From positions 4,990 to 68,989 of the forward strand of contig CAILNN010000420.1 of assembly GCA_903835555.1 (NCBI GenBank): DNA of 64,000 nucleotides, read 5' to 3'. A program made the translations under genes and the position numbers. Positions 9,782 through 19,454 of the stretch are shown here, in pieces; position 1 is the first letter of the stretch, and the number at the start of each line of letters is the position of its first letter. Source of the stretch: an uncultured Verrucomicrobiota bacterium. Its GTDB lineage: Bacteria > Verrucomicrobiota > Verrucomicrobiia > Limisphaerales > UBA9464. A model generated the notes under the pieces. It saw nothing but the letters and a program-made list of their open reading frames with translations. It did no database searches and was not told the origin of the DNA.

Positions 9782-10696
9782 CTAAGGCAATCGACTGCCA
9801 CGGGCCGCAACCAGCAGGCGATACCAATTTTCCCGACTGAGGGTACAGGTCGGAGCAGCGGCCAATTCCTGAATACGTTGGGGCTGGACTGTTCCCACAA
9901 CTGGGATTATCCCCGCCGGGTGCCGCAGCAGCCAAGCGACAGCCATCGCGGCCGGCGTCACTTTTTGTTCGGCTGCCAAAGCAGCGAGCAGCGTTTGGAC
10001 CGCAGCCAATGGAGGGCTATCGATATCGAACAGGTGTCCGCGAGCCAACGGACTCCAAGCCATGGGCGTCCACCGATCCGTTAGACACTGCTCGATCGAT
10101 CCGTCGTCCAGAGCTTCCCGATGGGCGAGGCTGAGCTGGAATTGATGGGTCACCAACGGACGTCCGAGTGCATTCTGCAATGCCGCTGCCTGGGCAGGAC
10201 GGAAATTGCTCACTCCAAACTCGCGCACTTTCCCTTCTTTCCGAAGCCTTTCAAACGCTCCCGCCACCTCCGCCGGGTCCAATAAATAATCGGGGCGATG
10301 GAGGAGAAGCACATCCAGGTGGGAAATGCCCATCCGTCGCAAGGAACCTTCCACACTGGACACAATGTAGTCGGCGCTGGCGTCGTATCGGTACGGGGCG
10401 TCGGCATCGGGCTCCCCCGAGCGACGGATGGAGCACTTGCTGACCACGATTAATTGGTCGCGCAAGCCAGGGCGCTCCCGGAGTGCGCGACCAAAAATCA
10501 GCTCGCTTTCCCCTCCCCCATAGATATCGGCCAGATCGAAGAGCGTATAACCGGCATCGGAGGCCGCCAAGACGGCGCGAATGCCAACAGCCCCGTCGTC
10601 GTTGAGGGGAAATCCCTCAGACCCGGCCAAGCGCCAGCATCCGTAAGCCAGGCGACTGACCTTCCAGTCGGTTGATCCGAATCGTTGAGTTTGCAT
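9782..10696 (-). CDS. Aldo/keto reductase family oxidoreductase
   Basis: 304 aa with LAYGCWRL, FDLADIYGGGESE and LLHRPD motifs typical of AKRs. Confidence 0.8.
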   Translation of the reverse strand: MQTQRFGSTDWKVSRLAYGCWRLAGSEGFPLNDDGAVGIRAVLAASDAGYTLFDLADIYGGGESELIFGRALRERPGLRDQLIVVSKCSIRRSGEPDADAPYRYDASADYIVSSVEGSLRRMGISHLDVLLLHRPDYLLDPAEVAGAFERLRKEGKVREFGVSNFRPAQAAALQNALGRPLVTHQFQLSLAHREALDDGSIEQCLTDRWTPMAWSPLARGHLFDIDSPPLAAVQTLLAALAAEQKVTPAAMAVAWLLRHPAGIIPVVGTVQPQRIQELAAAPTCTLSRENWYRLLVAARGSRLP

Positions 10697-10730
10697 GGGG
10701 CCGAAAGTGTGGGAATCGAGGATGGGAGGT

Positions 10731-12443
10731 CTATTCGAGGTCGGTCACGGCACCTGTCGATGCCGTGCTCACTGATCGAGCGTACTTGGCCAGGACGCCT
10801 CGGGAATACCGAGGAGTTGGTTGTTTCCAGCCCTGGAGACGAGTGGCGATTTCGGAATCGGTTGCGTCCAAGGTGATACGGCAGGTTTCGGCATCGATGA
10901 CAATCCCGTCCCCGTCCCGGACGATCGCAAGGGGACCCCCATTAAAGGCTTCCGGAGTGACGTGCCCAATGACGAATCCATGGCTACCGCCGCTGAAGCG
11001 ACCATCGGTGATCAGAGCGACATCCTTGCCCAGACCACGGCCCATGATGGCGGAGGTCGGGGAAAGCATCTCCCGCATACCTGGCCCGCCTTTGGGGCCT
11101 TCGTACCGGATGACCACCACATGGCCCTTGTGGACGGTTCCGTTGAGAATGGCTTGAAGCGCGGCTTCTTCGCTGTCGAAACATATAGCCGTGCCTTTGA
11201 AAACAAGGCCCTCCTTGCCGCTGATCTTGGCCATGGCACCGCCGGGAGCCAAATTCCCGTAAAGGACCACTAGGTGGCTGTTTTTCTTGATCGGGTTATC
11301 GAAACCACGGACGACATCCTGACCGACCGGATAGGCCGGTGCGTTCTCCAGGTTCTCCGCCATGGTTTTGCCGGTCACCGTCAGGCAATCGCCATGCAAG
11401 AGTCCGTGGTCTAGCAGCATCTTCATCAGGGGAACCGTCCCACCGATCTTGACCAATTCAGCCATCACGTATTTGCCGCTGGGCTTCAAATCAGCCAGAA
11501 CCGGCACTTTTTGGCCGATGGTGGTGAAGTCGTCGATGGACAACGGAACGTTGGCGGCATGGGCCATGGCCAGAAGGTGAAGTACTGCATTGGTCGAACC
11601 GCCCAGGGCGATGACCACGGTGATGGCATTCTCAAATGCCTTGCGGGTCATAATGTCGCGGGGACGGATGCCCTTGCGGATGAGTTCGACCACGGCTTTA
11701 CCGGCCGCTTCGCAATCGGCGGTTTTTTCATTGGAGACGGCTGCTTGAGCGGAAGAATTCGGAAGGCTCATGCCGAGGGCCTCAATGGCGCTGGCCATGG
11801 TGTTGGCGGTGTACATTCCACCGCACGAGCCGGCACCGGGGATGGCCACGGCTTCGAGACTGGCCAACTGTTCATCGCTGATCTTCCCGGCGGCATGCTG
11901 GCCGACCGCTTCAAACACGCTTACCACGTCGACCGGTTTGCCATTGTGGTCTCCGGGCAGGATGGTGCCTCCGTAAACAAAAATCGCGGGACGATTCAGC
12001 CGAGCGAGTGCTATCAGGCAGCCAGGCATATTCTTGTCGCAACCGCCAATGGCGACGACTCCGTCCAACCCCTCGCATCCGACAACCGTTTCGATGGAAT
12101 CGGCAATGACTTCGCGGCTGACCAGGGAATACTTCATGCCCTCGCTGCCCATTGAAATGCCGTCGCTGACGGTGATGGTGTTGAACACCAGTGGCTTACC
12201 GCCACCCGCTTGAACGCCGAGAGCCACGCTGACGGCGAGTTGGTCGATATGGATATTACACGGAGTGACTTGACTCCAGGTGGAGGCGATACCGACCTGG
12301 GACTTGGCGAAGTCCTCGCGGGTAAAACCGACCGCATGGAGCATGGCGCGGCTGGCAGCGCGTTCGGGGCCGTCGACAACGATAGACGACCAGGCGCGTT
12401 CCAACGATGGAGACGAAGAAGAATCAGGAGACCAACTAGACAT
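10731..12443 (-). CDS. ilvD: Dihydroxy-acid dehydratase
   Basis: IlvD/Edd signatures ([22 protein letters not shown]-like [11 protein letters not shown]). Start set at the internal ATG (12443) because the upstream 31 codons look like read-through. Confidence 0.9.
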   Translation of the reverse strand: MSSWSPDSSSSPSLERAWSSIVVDGPERAASRAMLHAVGFTREDFAKSQVGIASTWSQVTPCNIHIDQLAVSVALGVQAGGGKPLVFNTITVSDGISMGSEGMKYSLVSREVIADSIETVVGCEGLDGVVAIGGCDKNMPGCLIALARLNRPAIFVYGGTILPGDHNGKPVDVVSVFEAVGQHAAGKISDEQLASLEAVAIPGAGSCGGMYTANTMASAIEALGMSLPNSSAQAAVSNEKTADCEAAGKAVVELIRKGIRPRDIMTRKAFENAITVVIALGGSTNAVLHLLAMAHAANVPLSIDDFTTIGQKVPVLADLKPSGKYVMAELVKIGGTVPLMKMLLDHGLLHGDCLTVTGKTMAENLENAPAYPVGQDVVRGFDNPIKKNSHLVVLYGNLAPGGAMAKISGKEGLVFKGTAICFDSEEAALQAILNGTVHKGHVVVIRYEGPKGGPGMREMLSPTSAIMGRGLGKDVALITDGRFSGGSHGFVIGHVTPEAFNGGPLAIVRDGDGIVIDAETCRITLDATDSEIATRLQGWKQPTPRYSRGVLAKYARSVSTASTGAVTDLE

Positions 12444-12556
12444 GGGTAGAAAATGGCGGTAGACGGGTGATTTGGCCAAGAAGAAAGGGCTGGGGCATAT
12501 CCACGCCTTTGGCCCGAGAATAAACGCTCTTCCCATTTGTTGTAATAAAGAACCAT

Positions 12557-12713
12557 GGTAGCACGCGGCAGCGTCTTGGACTGCGGTTGTCCTCTACCGC
12601 TTTTGGCCTCGGGAGCGAACGAGCCCGTTAATCAACTCTGGCAAGCTTCCAAATCGCGGCGGTTTCCAAAGCGCCAGAGGGCTGGCGCAGTCCGGGACCT
12701 GACGGACAGCCCC
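12557..12713 (+). repeat. Structured dispersed repeat, family A, full copy 1 (~157 nt)
   Basis: Collinear with 18367-18521. Carries the conserved 5' arm GTCTTGGACTGCG, the local hairpin GCGCCAG-AGGG-CTGGCGC and a complementary 3' arm CGCAGTCCGGGAC. Confidence 0.75.
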
Positions 12714-12860
12714 TTGGTCCACAAATCAGGAAGCGCCTCGGATGGTAGTAGCTGCATGAAAAATACGCGGGTAGGACGGACTAAGACCCTGAACCCGTTA
12801 TCTAAGCGCCATTCCGCTAGTGTCGTGTTTCCCAAATAGCTTACAGTTTGCCGCGAGGGA

Positions 12861-12994
12861 TTTTCGGCTCCCGCGAGGCGACGAGCGACGAGCATACCCG
12901 CGGTGGTCTGTGAGGAGCGAGCAACGAAGCGGGAGCCGAAAAGAGCTGCGGCCCTATGGGTTGCGCCTAAAATGCCCCAGGGCTTCGTTGCTCG
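12861..12994. repeat. Nested inverted repeats in the ilvD / PEP-CTERM divergent region
   Basis: A perfect 14-nt inverted repeat, TTTTCGGCTCCCGC (12861-12874) with GCGGGAGCCGAAAA (12929-12942), plus a 13-nt inverted repeat, CGAGCAACGAAGC (12918-12930) with GCTTCGTTGCTCG (12982-12994). Confidence 0.6.
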
Positions 12995-13160
12995 TCGGCC
13001 ACATTTCAATATTCGACCGCCTCGGGCTGCACTGAAGCTCTTTTGCAAACAGATCATTAAGCGCCCGTTATTTGGAAGACTCAAAAAACTCTTGACGCAA
13101 GACATATCCTAAGCGATCTTCCGAGAAAGGGTGCACTGTAGGAAAAAATCTGACAATCAA

Positions 13161-13442
13161 ATGATCCGAATAAAAACAACCACGCTGGCAGTGTTCGCGG
13201 CCGTTACGGTTGGCATCGTCGCAAGCGCCCAAATCTATACGACGCAGCCTATCCCAAACGTGAATCCGCCGGGTCAATTCGTTGATACGGGTATTACTCA
13301 AACCAAGGTGGGTAATTTGACTCCTTCTTCATTGGTTACGCTGGTCCCATCTGCTATTCCCGAGGCAGGCACGACTGGTCTGGCTGCAGGTACGGCTCTT
13401 GGTTTTTTTGCTCTTTCCCGTTTTATTTACCGGAAGAAATAG
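13161..13442 (+). CDS. Small secreted PEP-CTERM-type protein (putative exosortase substrate)
   Basis: N-terminal signal peptide (TLAVFAAVTVGIVASAQ). The C-terminus is IPEAGT + hydrophobic helix + YRKK, matching the PEP-CTERM sorting-signal layout. Confidence 0.55.
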   Translation: MIRIKTTTLAVFAAVTVGIVASAQIYTTQPIPNVNPPGQFVDTGITQTKVGNLTPSSLVTLVPSAIPEAGTTGLAAGTALGFFALSRFIYRKK

Positions 13443-13472
13443 GGCGATCAACGGGGCGAGATTTTTCGCGGG

Positions 13473-14153
13473 ATGGCAATCGAGCCCATCGTGGAAGTTC
13501 GGGAGCTATCGAAGGTCTACCTCCAGGGGGAGACCAACGTTGTGGCCCTCAATCGAGTTTCGGTGGGCATCCAAGCGGGTGAGTTTGTGGTTCTGATGGG
13601 CCCATCTGGTTCTGGTAAATCGACCCTACTGCACCTCATCGCTGGGATTGACCGACCGACATCTGGCCAAGTGTTGGTCCGTGGCATCAATGTAGCGAAT
13701 CTCAATGAGTCAGCGCTCGCGGAATGGCGCAATCGAAATGTCGGTTTTGTATTCCAAAGCTTCAACCTGATTCCCGTATTGACGGCGGCGGAAAACGTAG
13801 AATTGCCGCTGCTACTGACATCTCTAAGTTCCCGGCAGCGCCGGGAACATGTTGCCGCTGCCTTGGATCTAGTGGGACTGACCGAGAGGGCGAAGCATCT
13901 GCCACGACAGCTTTCCGGAGGACAGGAGCAACGGGTGGCCATCGCGCGAGCACTTGTGACCGACCCACTGCTGGTCGTGGCGGATGAACCGACGGGGAAT
14001 CTCGACTCCAAATCGGCGACGGACGTCTTGACGATACTCCAGTCGCTGAGCCGGGAAGCCAACAAGACGGTCATCATGGTGACCCACGATCCGAAAGCCG
14101 CAGCTTTTGGGAGTCGTCAACTGCATCTGGAAAAGGGTGAAATCGTTGCCTAG
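13473..14153 (+). CDS. ABC transporter ATP-binding protein (MacB/LolD family)
   Basis: Walker [10 protein letters not shown], signature [15 protein letters not shown] and Walker [13 protein letters not shown]. Confidence 0.9.
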   Translation: MAIEPIVEVRELSKVYLQGETNVVALNRVSVGIQAGEFVVLMGPSGSGKSTLLHLIAGIDRPTSGQVLVRGINVANLNESALAEWRNRNVGFVFQSFNLIPVLTAAENVELPLLLTSLSSRQRREHVAAALDLVGLTERAKHLPRQLSGGQEQRVAIARALVTDPLLVVADEPTGNLDSKSATDVLTILQSLSREANKTVIMVTHDPKAAAFGSRQLHLEKGEIVA

Positions 14154-14177
14154 GGCGTAATTTCACACGGAATACCG

Positions 14178-15323
14178 ATGACCATAGCTGGATTCATCAC
14201 CAAGAATGCTCTGCGGAATCGGCGACGCGCCCTGCTTTCGGTTGGTAGCGTAGCGGTCAGTTTGTTTCTTTTGGTGACGCTGATGACCCTGGTCCGGGAA
14301 CTGACGATACCGCCAGAAGACATTGGGGCCTCGCTTCGCTTGGTCGTGCGCAACAAAGTTTCGCTGGCTCAGCCCCTGCCCTGGAAGCAAATCACCCAGC
14401 TCGACAAAATTCCGGGGGTAATGGCGGTGACTCCATTCACCTTTTTCGGGGGCAACTACAAGGACCTGAAAGTAACGTCGTTTGCCCAATTTGCGGTTGA
14501 TCCGGTCCGATTCACGAACGTGTTTGTCGAAAACCGATCGTCGAAGGAACAAATTGAGGCGTGGATCAAGAATAAGGCAGGCTGCCTGGTGGGAGCTGAC
14601 ACGATGCGTCGTTACGATATGAAGATCGGCGACACCCTCAAATTGACAGGGACTTTTTATCCGTGTGATTTGGAATTAAAAATCGAAGGAACTTATAAAG
14701 GCTCGGTGGATGATCGGACGGTTTTCTTTCACCACAAGTACCTCGACGAACTGAGCGGGGACTTGGGGACGGTGGGCACTTGGTGGGTACGAGTGGCTTC
14801 CGCAGAAGTGGTTCCGGAGGTTCGAAAACAAATCAATCAAACGTTCGAGAACACGTCGGCATCGGTCAGCGCAGAAACCGAGCGGTCTTTTCAAATGAGC
14901 TTTGTGAGCATGTGGGGCAATATCAAGGTGCTCATTGAATCGATCAGTTCCGTGGTCGTATTTACCCTGATGCTAGTGACCGTGAGTACGATGAGTATGG
15001 CAATTCGAGAACGATTCCGCGAATTGGCCATTCTCAAAGCGATTGGATTTCGTCGACGTGAAATCTTCGCATTCATTTTGGCCGAAAGCTTTGGTTTGGC
15101 GGCACTGGGCGGTGTTATCGGAATTGGCGGCGCGGCGTTATTTTGGGGACTGTTAGACGTCCAAAAACTCAGCAATGGTTTCCTGGTCTACTTTGAAGTT
15201 GTGCCACGAACAATGGCTCGTGCAGCTGTGGTGGCGGCCGTTCTGGGGGTGGTATCGGCAATCGGACCCAGTTTGTCTGTGGCCCAGACCAGCGTGGTTG
15301 AAGGATTGAAGACCCTCGATTAA
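14178..15323 (+). CDS. ABC transporter permease, FtsX/MacB-type (1 of 2)
   Basis: N-terminal TM, a large periplasmic domain and a C-terminal FtsX-like 3-TM bundle (AILKAIGFRRREI). Confidence 0.8.
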   Translation: MTIAGFITKNALRNRRRALLSVGSVAVSLFLLVTLMTLVRELTIPPEDIGASLRLVVRNKVSLAQPLPWKQITQLDKIPGVMAVTPFTFFGGNYKDLKVTSFAQFAVDPVRFTNVFVENRSSKEQIEAWIKNKAGCLVGADTMRRYDMKIGDTLKLTGTFYPCDLELKIEGTYKGSVDDRTVFFHHKYLDELSGDLGTVGTWWVRVASAEVVPEVRKQINQTFENTSASVSAETERSFQMSFVSMWGNIKVLIESISSVVVFTLMLVTVSTMSMAIRERFRELAILKAIGFRRREIFAFILAESFGLAALGGVIGIGGAALFWGLLDVQKLSNGFLVYFEVVPRTMARAAVVAAVLGVVSAIGPSLSVAQTSVVEGLKTLD

Positions 15324-15332
15324 GCCCGCTGC

Positions 15333-16514
15333 ATGGTCATTCCCATTCGCTACCACGTCCGCAATGTCACTGTGCGGTGGCGGTCCACTTTGGCGACCCT
15401 GATGGGAATAGCCCTGGTGGTGGCGGTCTTTGTTCTTCTTCGGGCTTTGGCCGCTGGAATCGAAAAGAGCAGCGCACAAACCGGGGACCCGCGAAATGTA
15501 TTGGTGGTGCGTAAAGGCTCCCAAGCGGAATCGAGTAGCCTGGTCACTCGGGAACAACTGCAGGCATTGCAATATCTGGATGGTATCGCCCGCAATAGCG
15601 ACGGACAGCCGCTGATTTCGGCGGATGTTATCACGCTCCTGCTCGCTCCCCGCGCCAGCGGGGATGGTGAGGCCAATCTCCTCCTGCGAGGGGTCACGCC
15701 TCGTGGACGGGAGCTGCGGCCACAGGTACACCTGACAAACGGTCGGTGGCTGGAACCGGGAAAGCGGGAGGTGGTGGTTTCCGAGAACCTGGCTCGACGT
15801 TTCAAGGGATTGGAGATCGGTGGAACGTTGAAAGCGGGAATCGGACGGCTATTGGTCGTTGGCACCTTTTCGGCCGGTGGAAGCGCTTACGATTCTGAAG
15901 TCTGGATGGATGCCGATGAAGCCCGGCTTTTGTTTGAACGGGAGATGTATTCGAGCCTGATCCTCCGCCCAGTGGATGAGGTGGCCTACCGATCGCTCAC
16001 GAACTCGATTGAATCGGATAAACGCTTTGCCCTAAGGGCCGAACGGGAGGTGGAGTATTACGCCAAGCAGACCCTGACGGCGGTGCCGATCAAGATTCTT
16101 GCCAGCCTTCTGGGTTCCGCGATGTCCGTCGGAGCGGTCTTCGCGGCGATGAACACCATGTACGCAGCCATTGGTTCTCGGACGCGGGAAATTGGGACGC
16201 TACGGGTCCTCGGATTTTCGCGTCTCTCCATTTTGCTGGGCTTCCTGCTGGAGGGAGGCTTGTTGGCATTTCTGGGGGGATTGATGGGGACGTCCGTTTC
16301 CTACGGACTCTACCAATATGTCATTTTGCGAGGTATCACCTTTGGCACGATGAACTTCCAATCGTTTAGCGAGACGACCTTCCAATTTGCGATGCCTCCG
16401 ATCCTGCTCTTGGTGGGACTTTTGTTCAGCATTCTGGTGGGCGTGATTGGAAGCATCCTTCCTGCGTGGCGCGCTTCTCGAATTCCGGTTATATCGGCCC
16501 TGAAATCGCTATGA
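15333..16514 (+). CDS. ABC transporter permease, FtsX/MacB-type (2 of 2)
   Basis: Same architecture as the preceding permease (GTLRVLGFSRLSI). Confidence 0.8.
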   Translation: MVIPIRYHVRNVTVRWRSTLATLMGIALVVAVFVLLRALAAGIEKSSAQTGDPRNVLVVRKGSQAESSSLVTREQLQALQYLDGIARNSDGQPLISADVITLLLAPRASGDGEANLLLRGVTPRGRELRPQVHLTNGRWLEPGKREVVVSENLARRFKGLEIGGTLKAGIGRLLVVGTFSAGGSAYDSEVWMDADEARLLFEREMYSSLILRPVDEVAYRSLTNSIESDKRFALRAEREVEYYAKQTLTAVPIKILASLLGSAMSVGAVFAAMNTMYAAIGSRTREIGTLRVLGFSRLSILLGFLLEGGLLAFLGGLMGTSVSYGLYQYVILRGITFGTMNFQSFSETTFQFAMPPILLLVGLLFSILVGVIGSILPAWRASRIPVISALKSL

Positions 16515-17524
16515 ACAGCCAACGGCTTGCCGCATTACGCATCGATCCAGAAAGCAAGACCCGTCGAGTGGGCGCTTGGTGGAAAATCGTTGCGGGAGTC
16601 AGTCTGCTAGCGGGAACTGCCGTGGTTCTTTCGATTCCCCGCAAGGGCGATGATAATCGATTGGTGGGAGCCCCGGCGAAGAAGGAGAGTCCGACGAAAC
16701 AGAGTGAGGAAAACCGGTCCATACCCCGCGAGTCCGCCAGACCGGATAGTCTGCTGGCGCCCCCTTCATCGGCCCCTGGACGGGTGGTGGGCTCATTGCT
16801 CACGTCGTCCGGTCATATTGTCGCCCACGAGCGGATCGAGCTCAGCCCGCGCTTTATGGGAATCGTTGCGTGGATTGGGGTGAAGAAGGGAGATCCGGTG
16901 AAGAAAGGGGAAATCGTAGTTCGCCTCGACGACTCGGAATACCGTGCCCGTCTAGCGGAGAACGATGGACAATTGGCGGTCGCCCAAGTGGCTTTGGATA
17001 AAGCGGAGCTCGATCTGAATCGAACGGAGGAATTGTTTCGTAAGCAGGTCGAGATGGCCAAAACGTTGGACGACGCCCGGCTTGCTGTGCGAACGGCTGA
17101 CGCGCAAATCCTTCAAATTCAGGGGGCACGCAAGCTCATTGAGACTTGGATCGATTGGTGTGTGATCCAGTCGCCGGTCGATGGTGTGGTGCTGGAGAAA
17201 CTGGCGAAAGCCAACGAATTGGTTTCACCGCAGACCTTTGGTGGAACTCGAGGTCCGAGCACTTCGCTGCTGGCGGTGGCCGACTTAACCGACTTGCAAG
17301 TTGAAGTCGACGTTAGCGAGGAAGCGTTGGCCAGGATCGGGTTGGGACAAAAGTGCAAGGTGAGTCCGGAAGCGTATCCCGAGTTGCAATACGACGGCCA
17401 CGTGGCCGAGATCGCACCCGAAGCCAACCGGGCTAAAGGGACGTTGCAGGTCAAGGTTCAGATCGATCATCCAGACCGGCATTTGACCCCGGAACTCAGC
17501 GCAAAGGTCGATTTTCTCCCGTGA
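16511..17524 (+). CDS. HlyD/MacA-family periplasmic adaptor subunit
   Basis: TM anchor, lipoyl-like GDPVKKGEIVVRLD, a coiled-coil hairpin and a beta-barrel domain. The ATG at 16511 forms an ATGA overlap with the permease stop. Confidence 0.75.
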   Translation: MNSQRLAALRIDPESKTRRVGAWWKIVAGVSLLAGTAVVLSIPRKGDDNRLVGAPAKKESPTKQSEENRSIPRESARPDSLLAPPSSAPGRVVGSLLTSSGHIVAHERIELSPRFMGIVAWIGVKKGDPVKKGEIVVRLDDSEYRARLAENDGQLAVAQVALDKAELDLNRTEELFRKQVEMAKTLDDARLAVRTADAQILQIQGARKLIETWIDWCVIQSPVDGVVLEKLAKANELVSPQTFGGTRGPSTSLLAVADLTDLQVEVDVSEEALARIGLGQKCKVSPEAYPELQYDGHVAEIAPEANRAKGTLQVKVQIDHPDRHLTPELSAKVDFLP

Positions 17525-17594
17525 AAAGCGAGTGACGAAGCGGAATCGAAATCGAGGCAACAGCAAAAATGTGTGCTGAAACCAAAAGTTTCCC

Positions 17595-17622
17595 TTGCAC
17601 CGACCGAGTTCAACCCTATGAT
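17595..17622 (+). promoter_or_regulatory. Candidate sigma-70-type promoter for rpmI-rplT
   Basis: TTGCAC (17595-17600), a 16-nt spacer, then TATGAT (17617-17622), about 35 nt upstream of the rpmI ATG. Confidence 0.3.
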
Positions 17623-17656
17623 GCCCGCCCTTTAACGAGTCGAACTCAGGCTATAT

Positions 17657-17866
17657 ATGCGTCGCCCCAAGGGTATCAAAACAAAAAAATCGGTGGCGAA
17701 GCGCTTTAAGATCAGCGCCCGCGGCAAGGTGATGAGCCGCCATTCCGGGATGCGTCACTTGCTTTCGGGCAAGTCATCGAAGCGCCGTCGTCGTCTCGGT
17801 CGGTGGAAGGAAATCCACGAGACCGATGTGTACAAAATCAAGCAGAGCCTGCCGTTTTCCCACTAA
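17657..17866 (+). CDS. rpmI: 50S ribosomal protein L35
   Basis: 69-aa, highly basic protein with KTKKSVAKRFKISARGKV...RHLL..KS.KRRR, as in L35. Confidence 0.85.
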   Translation: MRRPKGIKTKKSVAKRFKISARGKVMSRHSGMRHLLSGKSSKRRRRLGRWKEIHETDVYKIKQSLPFSH

Positions 17867-17906
17867 ACGGTTATTCTCCAGAAACCATTTTTCGCTCTAG
17901 AACGCC

Positions 17907-18293
17907 ATGCGTGTAACCAATGCCCCAGCATCCCGGAAACGCCGGAAACGGATGCTCAAGCTCGCCAAGGGCTATCGCCTGAAGCGCAGCAAACTGTATC
18001 GCTACGCCAGTGACGCCGTCGACCACGGCCTGAAGTATGCCTACCGTGATCGTCGCCGTAAGAAGCGCGAGTATCGCTATCTCTGGCAGGCGCGTATCAA
18101 CGCCGCCGCCCGGCCCGCAGGAATCACCTACAGCCGCTTGATCGAGGGCCTCAAGGCGGCCAATTGCACCCTGGACCGCAAGGCTCTGGCAGACCTCGCA
18201 GCAACGGACCATGATGCCTTCCTGGAATTGGTGAAAACCGCCCAGCAAGGGTTGGTGACCAAAGCAGCGGCATTGAAAGCAGTCGCCGCTTAA
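17907..18293 (+). CDS. rplT: 50S ribosomal protein L20
   Basis: RKRRKRMLKLAKGYR...AYRDRRRKKREYR.LWQARINAAAR is the canonical L20 sequence. Confidence 0.9.
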   Translation: MRVTNAPASRKRRKRMLKLAKGYRLKRSKLYRYASDAVDHGLKYAYRDRRRKKREYRYLWQARINAAARPAGITYSRLIEGLKAANCTLDRKALADLAATDHDAFLELVKTAQQGLVTKAAALKAVAA

Positions 18294-18319
18294 GATCGGC
18301 TTCAGCCATTATTTTTGAG

Positions 18320-18350
18320 GGGTGCCTTCCACTGGAGGCACCCTTTTTTT
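18320..18350 (+). terminator. Rho-independent terminator after rplT
   Basis: GGGTGCCT (18320-18327), an 8-nt loop, AGGCACCC (18336-18343), then T7. Starts 27 nt past the rplT stop. Confidence 0.8.
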
Positions 18351-18366
18351 AGGGCTTGGGCCAGGT

Positions 18367-18521
18367 GGTAACGTGCGGCGGCGTCTTGGACTGCGGTTGT
18401 GCTCTGCCGCTTTCGGCTCCGAACCGAAAAAGCCCGCAAGTGAACGCCCGCCGACGTTGATTTCACGGCTGTTTCCAAAGCGCCAGAGGACTGGCGCACT
18501 CCAAGACCTGGCGGGCTCCCC
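18367..18521 (+). repeat. Structured dispersed repeat, family A, full copy 2 (~155 nt)
   Basis: Collinear with 12557-12713. Sits between the rplT terminator and folA and ends 30 nt before the folA ATG. Confidence 0.75.
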
Positions 18522-18550
18522 TCGCTATGCTCGCTACTTCTCGAATCAAT

Positions 18551-19033
18551 ATGCGCCCATTGAAGGCGATCGCCGCCATGGCGACCAATCGCGTCATCGG
18601 CCGTGGCGGACGCATCCCGTGGCATCTGCCAGCCGATTTCCGATGGTTTAAACAATGCACGTTGGGCCAGGTGCTGGTCATGGGACGCAAGACGTTTGAG
18701 TCCATCGGACGACCGCTTCCGGGACGTCAGACGATAGTGCTTACCCGTTCGGGTTTCACGCATCCGGGAGTAACGGTGGTGCACTCGATCGAAGAGTTTA
18801 GCGAACGGGTGGAGGGCGACCCGAGGGATGTCTGGGTGGCGGGTGGGGCGGAAATCTACTCCCTACTGCTGCCGTACTGTGCCGACCTATTCCTGACGTT
18901 GGTGAAGCAGGAAGCGATAGGGGATTGTTTGTTCCCCCGTTTTGAAGACCGCTTTGTTCTGGTGGCAGAGATTGAGGAGAATGCGGACTTCCGCATTGAG
19001 CATTATACGAACCGGGATCGCTTGATGGCGTAG
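18551..19033 (+). CDS. folA: Dihydrofolate reductase
   Basis: IAAMATNRVIGRGGRIPWHLPADFRWFKQ.T....VMGRKTFESIG.PLPGR matches the DHFR signature. Start set at the ATG just after the repeat. Confidence 0.85.
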   Translation: MRPLKAIAAMATNRVIGRGGRIPWHLPADFRWFKQCTLGQVLVMGRKTFESIGRPLPGRQTIVLTRSGFTHPGVTVVHSIEEFSERVEGDPRDVWVAGGAEIYSLLLPYCADLFLTLVKQEAIGDCLFPRFEDRFVLVAEIEENADFRIEHYTNRDRLMA

Positions 19034-19357
19034 CTACAGGCGGTGTTTTGGGGAGCAATGGAACGCGTGGACGAGACGTGCGCGCTACCAAGGGGGACGA
19101 AATGCCGTCGGGTCGGACTATCGTTCTTCACCTCAAAAACTCTGTTTTCCAGGCGAGGGAGAGGCTGGAGGTGCTGAGCGTGTTTTGCATTTCGGATCGA
19201 AGGTCACAAAGCAATTAAGCCTTCACCTCTCGTTTGGAAAAATGGCCTAAATGCTGACCTATTTTCACCCGTTTTACTGGATAGAGGTTAACTTCGACAT
19301 TGGTGCACGGATGGTGGAGTCATAATCCCCTCGCTTACCTCTGTAGAAGCGGAATTA

Positions 19358-19376
19358 AAGCGGCGGGACGCCGCTT
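19358..19376 (-). terminator. Candidate terminator hairpin for the sigma/anti-sigma operon
   Basis: 8-bp stem AAGCGGCG / CGCCGCTT with a 3-nt loop, about 80 nt past the anti-sigma stop. The downstream tract on the minus strand is only partly T-rich. Confidence 0.3.
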
Positions 19377-19454
19377 CCACACTGCTATAGCGTCAGCCAG
19401 GGGTGCCATCGACCCAGCGGCCCGTCGGCGGGAGTCCTTGCCACCTACGACAAA

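Noticed and set aside
10731-12536. Long N-terminal extensions in the ORF track, for ilvD and similarly for 46987-48729, 41468-42391, 26202-26864, 44044-44769 and 21152-22174.
   Set aside because: The extensions lack family similarity, and some would overlap neighbouring genes. Internal ATGs give canonical N-termini or signal peptides.
12555-12839. 94-aa ORF. The analogous ORFs at 18322-18651, 674-1126 and 22199-22462 fall in the same class.
   Set aside because: They are translations of the dispersed repeat families. The apparent peptide similarity (e.g. FPKRQRAGAVRDL / FPKRQRTGALQDL) comes from nucleotide repeats. They have no start context and overlap hairpins.
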